Shown here piece by piece: positions 57,116 through 64,000 of a DNA stretch of 64,000 nt. A program made the position numbers and the translations under genes. The stretch comes from a virus: IMG/VR virus record IMGVR_UViG_3300017605_000140, positions 32,001 through 96,000 of that record, one strand, 5' to 3'. The notes under the pieces were generated by a model. It was given only the letters and a program-made list of their open reading frames with translations. It searched no databases and had not been told where the DNA came from. The stretch's first letter is position 1, and the number at the start of each line of letters is the position of its first letter.

Positions 57116-58696
57116 TTACCTGTTCTCCCAAGGCCAAGTCTGTGATTCCCCAGCTTCAATCAATGGTATCATCTGAAATCCCTTGTCAGTCAATCCTCCG
57201 AAGGTATGACGCTTCTTCGAACCAGACTCACTGTGCGCTGCTGCGTATCCCTCTAGGTTCCAAGTATACACAGGAACCCTGGCCGGAACAACAGCTAGTG
57301 GATCACCACCGTAACCATTGTACTGCTCATCGGTGATAATGATAATACGATCATGACCATTGAAGCTACCCCGAACCGCCACATCGGTATCAGTGCCTCC
57401 CATATCACGGAACTTATTCAGCATAGGCAGAATAGAGTCACCCTTACGGAATGAAACCTTCTCAAATGCGGGACCATTATAAGCAGAACCGAACTGAACC
57501 AAATCCGCATTCTCAGCACGAAGTGCAAGTGCTGAACCGAAGATAGCAGCCTTATCAGCCATCGTCAACTCAGTGTCAGTACGGTGGTAGCTGAACATAG
57601 AACCCGAACGGTCAACCAGGATAAGCGTACGACCAGTAAGAGACGGAATATTACTGAGAGAAGCATTCAAAGCATCTTCCAATGCCGACCCTATCTTCAA
57701 GCTACCCTTAGTGGCCTGATAAGCCGCAAGGAATCGGAAAGGAAACTGCTTACTCTTAACAACTTGCTCAGGATCAGCAAGCTTACTAAGCACCCCATTC
57801 AGTACCCTAACACTAACACCGGCATCCTGGAAGTTACGCAGATTGCGAAGTAGTGCCATGTATCCCATATTAGGAATAATAGCTTCCCAAGCCTGCTTAT
57901 CCATAGGACCCTGGAGCCATCCTGCCATCGCCTCCCATGTCATTCCGGCTTCACCCAGAAGATTGTTACCCTCGTTGCGCAAAAGCAGTTCTCTGCGCAG
58001 TTCGGGACGGAAACTCACAAGGGTCTCACGATTGCGTATCATCTTAAGAATCTCAGGAAGAACCTCTACATTTCCGTAGCGACGATCCAGAGCATACTTG
58101 AAAAGCTGATTCTGCTTAGAGGATTCCGCAGAAGGGTGTGTCAACTGAATAACATCCGCAAAACGGTATCCCTTAGAATCTGTATCATACTTCAGCAGAC
58201 TGTACTCATTATAGAGCTTCTTTGCTCCATCAGCAACACCCTTCTTCAGGTACGCAGGGAAGTTCTTACCGTACTTAGCCTCGTAGTAAGCCAGCACCTC
58301 TCCAGGCTCATCAGCACGAGCCTGAGAAGCCGCTACGATGGCCCTAGGAGTCCCATTCATGGCCCCAGAGTCGTAGAGTGCCTTAGAACCCTCAACAGCC
58401 GCTACGATGGCCGCAGAGCGCATGAAGGCATCATTGCGAAGCCAGCCAACAAAGCCCTGGAACCACTTAGGGTCCTGAACAGCCACGGAAGCACACAGGT
58501 TGGTGAAACGATCATCACGGTTCTTGGCAGACTCATAGAAAGTATCCTGACCGACAAAATTGGATACTGCCAGCAAGAACAACTCTGACTTGGTATCCCT
58601 CCCAAAAGCTGCGCGACCATCATGATTTACAGTCATACCTGTAGTCTTAATAGGAGACTGCACCCCTGTACGAACCGCCCTATTGAACTTGCTCAT
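57116..58696 (-). CDS. rsr: Ro60-related RNA-binding protein (TROVE + vWA)
   Basis: TFYE, RADEP, LKKG, LLKY, H-P, TWE, MGYMALLRNLRNF, SKQFPFRF; vWA MIDAS DRSGS, GGTD, ITDEQ. Confidence 0.93.
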   Translation of the reverse strand: MSKFNRAVRTGVQSPIKTTGMTVNHDGRAAFGRDTKSELFLLAVSNFVGQDTFYESAKNRDDRFTNLCASVAVQDPKWFQGFVGWLRNDAFMRSAAIVAAVEGSKALYDSGAMNGTPRAIVAASQARADEPGEVLAYYEAKYGKNFPAYLKKGVADGAKKLYNEYSLLKYDTDSKGYRFADVIQLTHPSAESSKQNQLFKYALDRRYGNVEVLPEILKMIRNRETLVSFRPELRRELLLRNEGNNLLGEAGMTWEAMAGWLQGPMDKQAWEAIIPNMGYMALLRNLRNFQDAGVSVRVLNGVLSKLADPEQVVKSKQFPFRFLAAYQATKGSLKIGSALEDALNASLSNIPSLTGRTLILVDRSGSMFSYHRTDTELTMADKAAIFGSALALRAENADLVQFGSAYNGPAFEKVSFRKGDSILPMLNKFRDMGGTDTDVAVRGSFNGHDRIIIITDEQYNGYGGDPLAVVPARVPVYTWNLEGYAAAHSESGSKKRHTFGGLTDKGFQMIPLIEAGESQTWPWENR

Positions 58697-58776
58697 CTTT
58701 CCTCCTATAATGTGGTACGTTATTTAGATAAAATAAAACCCCTCAAGTGCGCCAACGCGGACCAAGGGGAAGATTA

Positions 58777-58890
58777 GTAAGTTCCTAGAAATAACAATCT
58801 CTGGTGTATAGGCACCGTGCCCTAGATGGATTCGAACCATATTATTTCATTTCCAGTGAAGTAACCAGTGATTTTCGCATCGGAATTTAC
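58777..58890 (-). ncRNA. Y-RNA-like module 1 (T arm + acceptor-like hairpin)
   Basis: shared CGATGCGAA..GGTTACTTCA..TTATTTCTAG frame; ATGG-TTCGAAT-CCAT. Confidence 0.75.
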
Positions 58891-58994
58891 TAAGATGAAA
58901 AATAGATGGGTCGCTCTGCTGAACACCTAGTAACCCATAGGGATGATAGGAATTTACATACTGCTGTCTCTCACTCTATTTGTCAATATTGCTA

Positions 58995-59068
58995 TACCCT
59001 AGAAAAAGTCGCTCATGGTGTCTTTGATTACCATTAATGTGAAGTAACCATGAGCTGCGCATCGGGTA
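58995..59068 (-). ncRNA. Y-RNA-like module 2 (minimal)
   Basis: TACCC/GGGTA closing stem, GCTCATGGT/ACCATGAGC helix, shared motifs. Confidence 0.7.
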
Positions 59069-59087
59069 AAACTTATTAAATTATATT

Positions 59088-59227
59088 AACAGCTAGAAAT
59101 AATCAACTACGGCATTTCTATACCGATGCTCTGCCATTGAGCTATTTACCGATGAGTCGGTAACAGAGGATTCGAACCTCTTGTCTTCGGTTCCGGTTGA
59201 AGTATCCGTAATTTTCGCAACGCTGTC
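59088..59227 (-). ncRNA. YrlA-type Y RNA (module 3) with permuted tRNA-like domain
   Basis: order T arm (AGAGG-TTCGAAT-CCTCT), closed acceptor hairpin (TTACCGA-CTCA-TCGGTAA), D arm (TAGCTCAATGGCAGAGC). Confidence 0.85.
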
Positions 59228-59333
59228 AAAACTGAATGATAGAAGGGATAAGAACGTTCGTATCAAGATTACTGGGACGTTGTACTCGATTACAGCCGCT
59301 AGCAGGCTACCCAAACCTTCTATCAAGTTTACG

Positions 59334-59420
59334 GTGACTAGAAATAATGATAAAAGTATTATAAACCCCATTTTCGGTGGAGTATTTTCATTGAAGTATC
59401 TCTTATCTTCGCATCGTCAC
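59334..59420 (-). ncRNA. Y-RNA-like module 4
   Basis: GTGAC/GTCAC closing stem; CGATGCGAA..GATACTTCA..TTATTTCTAG. Confidence 0.7.
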
Positions 59421-59423
59421 AAG

Positions 59424-59496
59424 CTCGCCCACCTGGACTCGAACCAGGAACCGTCGCATTAACAGTGCGAAACTCTGCCAATTGAGTTATAGGCGA
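59424..59496 (-). tRNA. tRNA-Asn(GTT)
   Basis: cloverleaf, loop ctGTTaa. Confidence 0.92.
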
Positions 59497-59541
59497 ATAC
59501 GGTCACTGTAGCTCTCGCGGTAATGACCTTGTGTACTACAT

Positions 59542-59571
59542 ATACTACCAGAGGTTGTTAGGCTCTGTCAA
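59542..59571 (-). promoter_or_regulatory. promoter upstream of the tRNA-Asn / Y RNA / Ro60 unit
   Basis: TTGACA-18 nt-TAGTAT. Confidence 0.65.
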
Positions 59572-59572
59572 G

Positions 59573-59643
59573 CACGCCCTGTAGGAATCGGACCCACGCT
59601 TAGAGGTTTGGAATCTCTCGCACTACCATTATACTAAGGGCAT
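59573..59643 (-). tRNA. tRNA-Trp(CCA)
   Basis: cloverleaf, loop ttCCAaa. Confidence 0.85.
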
Positions 59644-59656
59644 ATTATATTGGACG

Positions 59657-59739
59657 TACTCCCTGTCGGACTCGAACCGACACGTCATAAGACACGAGAT
59701 CCTAAATCTCGCGCGGCTACCAGATTACGCCAAGGGAGC
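59657..59739 (-). tRNA. tRNA-Leu(TAG)
   Basis: loop ttTAGga, long variable arm. Confidence 0.92.
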
Positions 59740-59757
59740 ATAATAACCTGTATTACG

Positions 59758-59838
59758 TACCCACAGCCGGACTCGAACCGGCACGACCGAAGTCAACGGA
59801 TTTTAAGTCCGTCGTGGCTGCCATTTCACCATGCGGGC
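59758..59838 (-). tRNA. tRNA-Leu(TAA)
   Basis: loop ctTAAaa, long variable arm. Confidence 0.92.
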
Positions 59839-59903
59839 ATTGCTGACTAGCTACGATTAAGTTGTATACCTGGAGCTTATCACACGTTACAACGCTAGTC
59901 AAA

Positions 59904-59995
59904 CTAGATTCTAGTGAGGATCGAACTCACAAGCAGCCATCAGGATAAAGCGTACACCCTTACCCCACCTGTGTACAGGTTGCCACAGAATCTAG
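59904..59995 (-). ncRNA. T-arm-containing structured RNA
   Basis: CTAGATTCTG/TAGAATCTAG stem stacked on GTGAG-TTCGATC-CTCAC. Confidence 0.55.
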
Positions 59996-59997
59996 AG

Positions 59998-60070
59998 TAC
60001 TCCAAGTCGGACTCGAACCGACAACTAGCGGTACTTGAAGCCGCTTCCTCTACCATTGGGATATTGGAGC
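59998..60070 (-). tRNA. tRNA-Leu(CAA), short variable arm
   Basis: loop ttCAAgt; TATCCCAATGGTAGAGGA D arm resembles actinobacterial Leu(CAA). Confidence 0.8.
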
Positions 60071-60176
60071 ATTCTCGGTATTAACCGCTACCGATGGGCG
60101 TAACCGTCACCGTCAGGTGTCTACGGTATTTCCGTAGGAACATTAGCACTATCAAAATAGACATCATAAACTAGAG

Positions 60177-60248
60177 AGCCTCTCCCCGGATTCGAACCGA
60201 GCACTTGGCTTTACAAGAGCCGCGCTTTTCCCACTAAGCTAGAGAGGC
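60177..60248 (-). tRNA. tRNA-Thr(TGT)
   Basis: cloverleaf, loop ctTGTaa. Confidence 0.9.
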
Positions 60249-60406
60249 ATTACCACTATACAAATTATACTGACACCAGTGGCCCATTTCAGTAACCCTA
60301 TCCGAAATTTCTAAGCTTAGGGGGTATATGTGGTGAATAGTTTAAAGACATCACACCTGTCGGTCTTTAGAGAATTGCGGAAGGAGGAACACAATTCTCT
60401 AGCTTA

Positions 60407-60706
60407 TTACGGCGCTGTTCCCGTAGCCTTAACGATAAAGTCGTTATTATCGTTAATTGTAAAATCAGTAGGAAGCGCAAATGGAGATGAATTGGTAAGC
60501 TGTACAAGGTACTGTCCGTCAGTAGCCCCAGCACCAGGAGTGTTGGCAGCTAAATTAAGAATAGAGCGTACTGTTGTTGGAAAAGTCGCCCCACTAGTTG
60601 TAGGTACTGGGAATACATAAGCATGCCCATCCTGCATAACTGCGGCACGTACTTGATCACCAACAGCTAAAGCGTCAGCCTTAACAATTGTATATGTGAA
60701 TGCCAT
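60407..60706 (-). CDS. hypothetical beta-rich protein
   Basis: AAAGG RBS; 99-aa ORF. Confidence 0.65.
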   Translation of the reverse strand: MAFTYTIVKADALAVGDQVRAAVMQDGHAYVFPVPTTSGATFPTTVRSILNLAANTPGAGATDGQYLVQLTNSSPFALPTDFTINDNNDFIVKATGTAP

Positions 60707-60949
60707 ATTTGAACCTTTCTAGAAAGAATTACTTTATGCTATAGCAATTCCTAATTGTACCCTAGAAAGATTATTTAGTGGACTGGTGGTCTCATCCCTC
60801 TGCCTGCTTCCGTAATCGTCCAAATACGGAGTATCTTCCACCACGGAGGCCCTACCCGTAACCGCGCCTCTTCTTGCTTGCCAAGCCGTCGAATAGGTGG
60901 CGACTTGAAGCACTCCTACCCAGGATTGGGTATCCTATTACGTGCTACG

Positions 60950-61021
60950 TACCCCCACGGAGAGTTGAACTCCGTCTTCAAGATTGAAAGTCTTGTGTAC
61001 TAACCGATATACTATGGGGGC
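60950..61021 (-). tRNA. tRNA-Glu(TTC)
   Basis: cloverleaf, loop ctTTCaa. Confidence 0.9.
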
Positions 61022-61200
61022 AAAAACTACTGATACTTATATATGAAAAACGCGTCTATTCATATAGATCTGTATCAGTAGTATATGAGAAAGACTCACG
61101 CATCCTCTCTCATTGGATCAGCATCAAATAGGAGGGGGATTTTCGTCTTCACCCTAGCCCTTTATCTCAGGCCACGAAATCCTATAAGGCGTGTTGCTGG

Positions 61201-61271
61201 TGCCGCTACAGGGACTTGAACCCTGTCTATAAGCGTGAGAAGCTTACGTACTACCTATATACGATAGCGGC
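61201..61271 (-). tRNA. tRNA-Glu(CTC)
   Basis: cloverleaf, loop ttCTCac. Confidence 0.9.
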
Positions 61272-61410
61272 ATAAGAGTGTAGATTTCCCGCACGGCCAT
61301 CTACACTATATCCGGTGCTCGCGGACCGGTTTCTACCTTGGCTCTACATAACCCGGCCAAGTGGGTGATTATATTCCCCGTGCAGGTTTATAATCTTTAA
61401 GTTTTTAAAG

Positions 61411-61483
61411 CGCCCCTGACCGGATTTGAACCGGCGACCTACGGCGTGACAAGCCGTTGCTCTCACCACTGAGCTACAGGAGC
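61411..61483 (-). tRNA. tRNA-Asp(GTC)
   Basis: cloverleaf, loop ttGTCac. Confidence 0.92.
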
Positions 61484-61514
61484 ATTGCCCTTGCGGGCTA
61501 TTAGTGTTACTGTA

Positions 61515-61817
61515 TCACAGAACTTCTGGCCAGACAAGCTCTGGGGTAATCTCTGTTGCCCGACCATTCTTTACTACAACTCTGGAAATATCTAGCGAAG
61601 ATTCACCAATACGTTCTATGACTAAGTAACTACTGGGGTACAGTGTAGCAAGTGTTTTTAGGTCTGTCAACCAATCGTACCATTTAACCGCACCCATAGT
61701 AACACCATTATAACTATCCACATACCAGCCTTCGTAGACTCCGGAATTATCATTTAAAACATCGACAATTCCAGTAATATCAGTGTCTATCACTGTAAAA
61801 GTTGAATAATAACCCAT
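61515..61817 (-). CDS. conserved phage hypothetical protein
   Basis: MGYYS.F...KWYDW..DL..L...YP......GE; AGGAGG RBS. Confidence 0.75.
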   Translation of the reverse strand: MGYYSTFTVIDTDITGIVDVLNDNSGVYEGWYVDSYNGVTMGAVKWYDWLTDLKTLATLYPSSYLVIERIGESSLDISRVVVKNGRATEITPELVWPEVL

Positions 61818-61844
61818 ATTTCTATCCTCCTATAGATATTAAAG

Positions 61845-61917
61845 CTCCGGGAGCAGGAATCGGACCTGCGGAATTCTGATCCAAAGTCAGAGTGGCCTAC
61901 CAGCAGACCATCCCGGA
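61845..61917 (-). tRNA. tRNA-Gln(TTG)
   Basis: cloverleaf, loop ctTTGga. Confidence 0.88.
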
Positions 61918-62031
61918 AAGTGGGTATGCGCGTTTGGATTCGGATTGCAGCCCTACCAAATCTTCAGGCATACCCTATCACACAGCTTTACTAGTATCCG
62001 TGCGCTTACTCTTTGCCCTACTTACGCCCTG

Positions 62032-62102
62032 CTCCCGATCAAGGTTACGATCCTCGGTCATCCGCTCCAGAGGCGGAGGTAATTCCATTATACGAATCGG
62101 GA
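62032..62102 (-). tRNA. tRNA-Gln(CTG), atypical T loop ATCGTAA
   Basis: cloverleaf, loop ctCTGga. Confidence 0.85.
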
Positions 62103-62233
62103 ATAAGCACAGTCCCGCCATTCTGGTCCTGTCCTAGATTTTGTCAGTCTAGGAGTTGCGGGTTCTGAGGTGACTAATCTCAGCGATTTCTTCTGCTGTG
62201 CACAGACAGGAGATATCCTTGGATATCTCCTTG

Positions 62234-62304
62234 AGCGATATGGGAGATTCGAACTCCCTCGAACAACTTGGAAGGATGTCATGCAGCCTATACATCAATA
62301 TCGC
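62234..62304 (-). tRNA. tRNA-Gly(TCC)
   Basis: cloverleaf, loop ctTCCaa, U73. Confidence 0.88.
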
Positions 62305-62408
62305 ATTGGTGGAAAGTCGCGTAGCTGTCTTCAAACCCCTGACATTGCTACCACTTACCTCTCGCGGGGAACGAGCAAAGGTTCCTCAATAAAGGCCGGA
62401 ACATGTGC

Positions 62409-62792
62409 CTAATCTGGTAGTGGACGACCGCAGCCGCCACAAATATTATATGGATTTTTAGGGATGTTAGCCCAGGTATACGGATATCCCTTTAACGTAA
62501 CTTTTGAAGGTTCACCATACCCTACATTGGTGTCTATGTCAACTATACGATTTTCACCATCTAATGGGTAGAGAGACAACGCATAACCCTTATCATTACC
62601 CGGATCTTCATCGAAGATATCCTCAAAGATAACATGCGCTAAATACTCAGCATCATTGTAATTACGCTTCGCTCTTTCGGTATCCATAGACCTCTTTACT
62701 ACGGATGGTAATTCTGTTCCATCCCAGTGACTGTATAGATAAATACCTGGATTGTCACCATGATGAATATAAACGTTCGCTCTGTCTCCCAT
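62409..62792 (-). CDS. conserved phage hypothetical protein
   Basis: MGDRAN...IYLYSHWDG; AGGAGG RBS. Confidence 0.75.
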   Translation of the reverse strand: MGDRANVYIHHGDNPGIYLYSHWDGTELPSVVKRSMDTERAKRNYNDAEYLAHVIFEDIFDEDPGNDKGYALSLYPLDGENRIVDIDTNVGYGEPSKVTLKGYPYTWANIPKNPYNICGGCGRPLPD

Positions 62793-62818
62793 AGTGCCTC
62801 CTTGTTGTTGAGGACTAA

Positions 62819-62847
62819 ATAGTACCACGAAAGTTAAGGCTTGTAAA
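62819..62847 (-). promoter_or_regulatory. putative promoter
   Basis: TTTACA-17 nt-TACTAT, same CAACAACAAGGAGG leader as the 14348 promoter. Confidence 0.55.
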
Positions 62848-62848
62848 G

Positions 62849-62925
62849 TGGGGGCGCAGGTGGGAGTCAAACCCACTACTTTCCAGCTTATGAGGCTGAC
62901 GAGACATCGTTTCTCCATCCGCGCA
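62849..62925 (-). tRNA. tRNA-Met(CAT), initiator-like
   Basis: loop ctCATaa, unpaired 1:72, encoded CCA. Confidence 0.8.
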
Positions 62926-62926
62926 G

Positions 62927-62997
62927 TGGCTGTACAGAGGTTCGAACTCTGCCAAATACCTTATGAGAGTATTCCGGTCACCAGACCATCTACAGCC
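62927..62997 (-). tRNA. tRNA-Met or Ile2 (CAT)
   Basis: loop ctCATaa, paired acceptor, weak D arm. Confidence 0.8.
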
Positions 62998-63007
62998 ATT
63001 ATAAATG

Positions 63008-63078
63008 TGCCGCCCCACAGACTCGAACTGTGATAATCTGGGCTTCAACCAGAGGCTCTACCTTTGAGCTAAAGCGGC
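63008..63078 (-). tRNA. tRNA-Phe(GAA)
   Basis: cloverleaf, loop ttGAAgc. Confidence 0.9.
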
Positions 63079-63149
63079 ATAATGAGTTATTAAAATGTTG
63101 AGCACTAATATCTATTTATATTGTGAGTGTATACATTTGTGCTAACTCA

Positions 63150-63226
63150 TGGTCGGGATGACACGATTCGAACGTGCGACTTTCCGGTCCCAAACCGGAA
63201 GCTCTACCAAGCTGAGCTACATCCCG
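63150..63226 (-). tRNA. tRNA-Pro(TGG)
   Basis: cloverleaf, loop ttTGGga, encoded CCA. Confidence 0.93.
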
Positions 63227-63291
63227 TAGCGGGAATATCCAGTAAGAACCAGATACACCCTGTTGAAGGTAAGTTCATTCTACCAGGTTAC

Positions 63292-63537
63292 TTACTCACT
63301 GTCTACTGTACTTCCCAGTGGTTCTGGAGTATCCGCATTCCTGGATTCTACTGTTAACATGATAACTTCATTACTTATCACAGCCAGAGTGATGTATTCC
63401 GGCTGTGATGTTGAATCCCACACTAGTCTAGTGGGAGGCATGTTGTCAAGATCTTCTTTGGATATTTTAAGATATCCACCAAGAGTTCTGACTGCTGATG
63501 CGAGAAATCTAGCAAGTTCCTGTTCAGTTGTCAACAT
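63292..63537 (-). CDS. hypothetical protein
   Basis: packed ORF. Confidence 0.55.
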   Translation of the reverse strand: MLTTEQELARFLASAVRTLGGYLKISKEDLDNMPPTRLVWDSTSQPEYITLAVISNEVIMLTVESRNADTPEPLGSTVDSE

Positions 63538-63724
63538 AGGACAACCTCTTCACAGTTTCCTGGAGATGTACTACTGCTTCCTCTAAATCAGTAATATACA
63601 CCTTTGCTCCTTCTAAAGCTTCCAGAGTAAGTTCATGAACAAAAAGTTTGTCTTCTTCTGTTTCTACTTGTCTGTGCTTTATAAAAGAAGAATATATAGA
63701 ATCATATAATTCATCTGTATTCAT
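63524..63724 (-). CDS. hypothetical protein
   Basis: packed ORF. Confidence 0.55.
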   Translation of the reverse strand: MNTDELYDSIYSSFIKHRQVETEEDKLFVHELTLEALEGAKVYITDLEEAVVHLQETVKRLSYVDN

Positions 63725-63728
63725 ATAA

Positions 63729-63896
63729 TTACTCTGCTACATCTATAATCTTTGAATTTTCCACTACTGCTTCTAATACTCTTCTAATATAAACAGTAAT
63801 ACCAAGATCCAAGTTATCTGCTAACTTTTTAAGTTCTTCCAAAGTATCTTTTTCCAAACGGATACTTCTGGATAACTTAGGTGACTTCTTTTCCAT
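63729..63896 (-). CDS. ribbon-helix-helix (CopG/Arc-like) DNA-binding protein (not in ORF track)
   Basis: MEKKSPKLSRSIRLEKDTLEELKKLADNLDLGITVYIRRVLE; AAGGGG RBS. Confidence 0.7.
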   Translation of the reverse strand: MEKKSPKLSRSIRLEKDTLEELKKLADNLDLGITVYIRRVLEAVVENSKIIDVAE

Positions 63897-63960
63897 CTAT
63901 TTCCCCTTATAAAAAGAATATACATATCTATATTCTTACAAATTGTTTTCTATAAAAAAC

Positions 63961-63989
63961 AGTGTAACAGATATGTACCACTCTGTCAA
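63961..63989 (-). promoter_or_regulatory. promoter heading the RHH/tRNA island
   Basis: TTGACA-17 nt-TACACT. Confidence 0.65.
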
Positions 63990-64000
63990 ACACAAGTGGT

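Noticed and set aside
59093-59371. 92-aa hydrophobic ORF (and 59181..59462 on +)
   Set aside because: Overlaps Y-RNA modules 3 and 4 and lacks a good RBS.
58777-59420. Repeated motifs as a CRISPR array
   Set aside because: The repeats are short, degenerate, irregularly spaced and form paired stems. There are no cas genes. Y RNAs next to Ro60 explain them.
59998-60070. Selenocysteine or opal suppressor tRNA (TCA in loop)
   Set aside because: The stem register centres CAA, the D arm matches short-arm Leu(CAA), and it lacks a Sec-type long acceptor or variable arm.

Overview
This is a 64-kb segment of a large contractile-tailed (myovirus-type) phage genome, with almost all genes on the - strand. 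The host is probably an actinobacterium such as Streptomyces. That is an inference from the gene families and the short-arm tRNA-Leu(CAA), and it is not proven. Left (1-14.7 kb): small hypothetical genes and a replication module (SNF2 helicase, primase, DnaB helicase, DnaC-like loader) plus a polynucleotide kinase-phosphatase. Middle (14.8-49.2 kb): a virion module with baseplate, tape measure (NlpC/P60 and transglycosylase-like domains), a tail chaperone needing a +1 frameshift, tube, sheath, fibres, neck, capsid, scaffold, portal and terminase. One HNH/EndoVII nuclease is inserted on the opposite strand. Right (49-64 kb): KTSC, MazG-like and metallophosphoesterase genes, then a ~10-kb RNA island. 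The island holds 29 tRNAs covering all 20 amino acids, a Ro60/TROVE gene preceded by four Y-RNA-like modules of graded complexity, and a tmRNA reduced to its tRNA-like domain with a tag-like reading frame detached just 5' of it. Most non-coding spacers between the tRNAs hold a distinct self-closing structured RNA (pseudoknots, T-loops, tRNA mimics). This tRNA-punctuated ncRNA array with Ro60 is the best candidate for an undescribed system. All RNA structures were folded by eye and no database searches were run.
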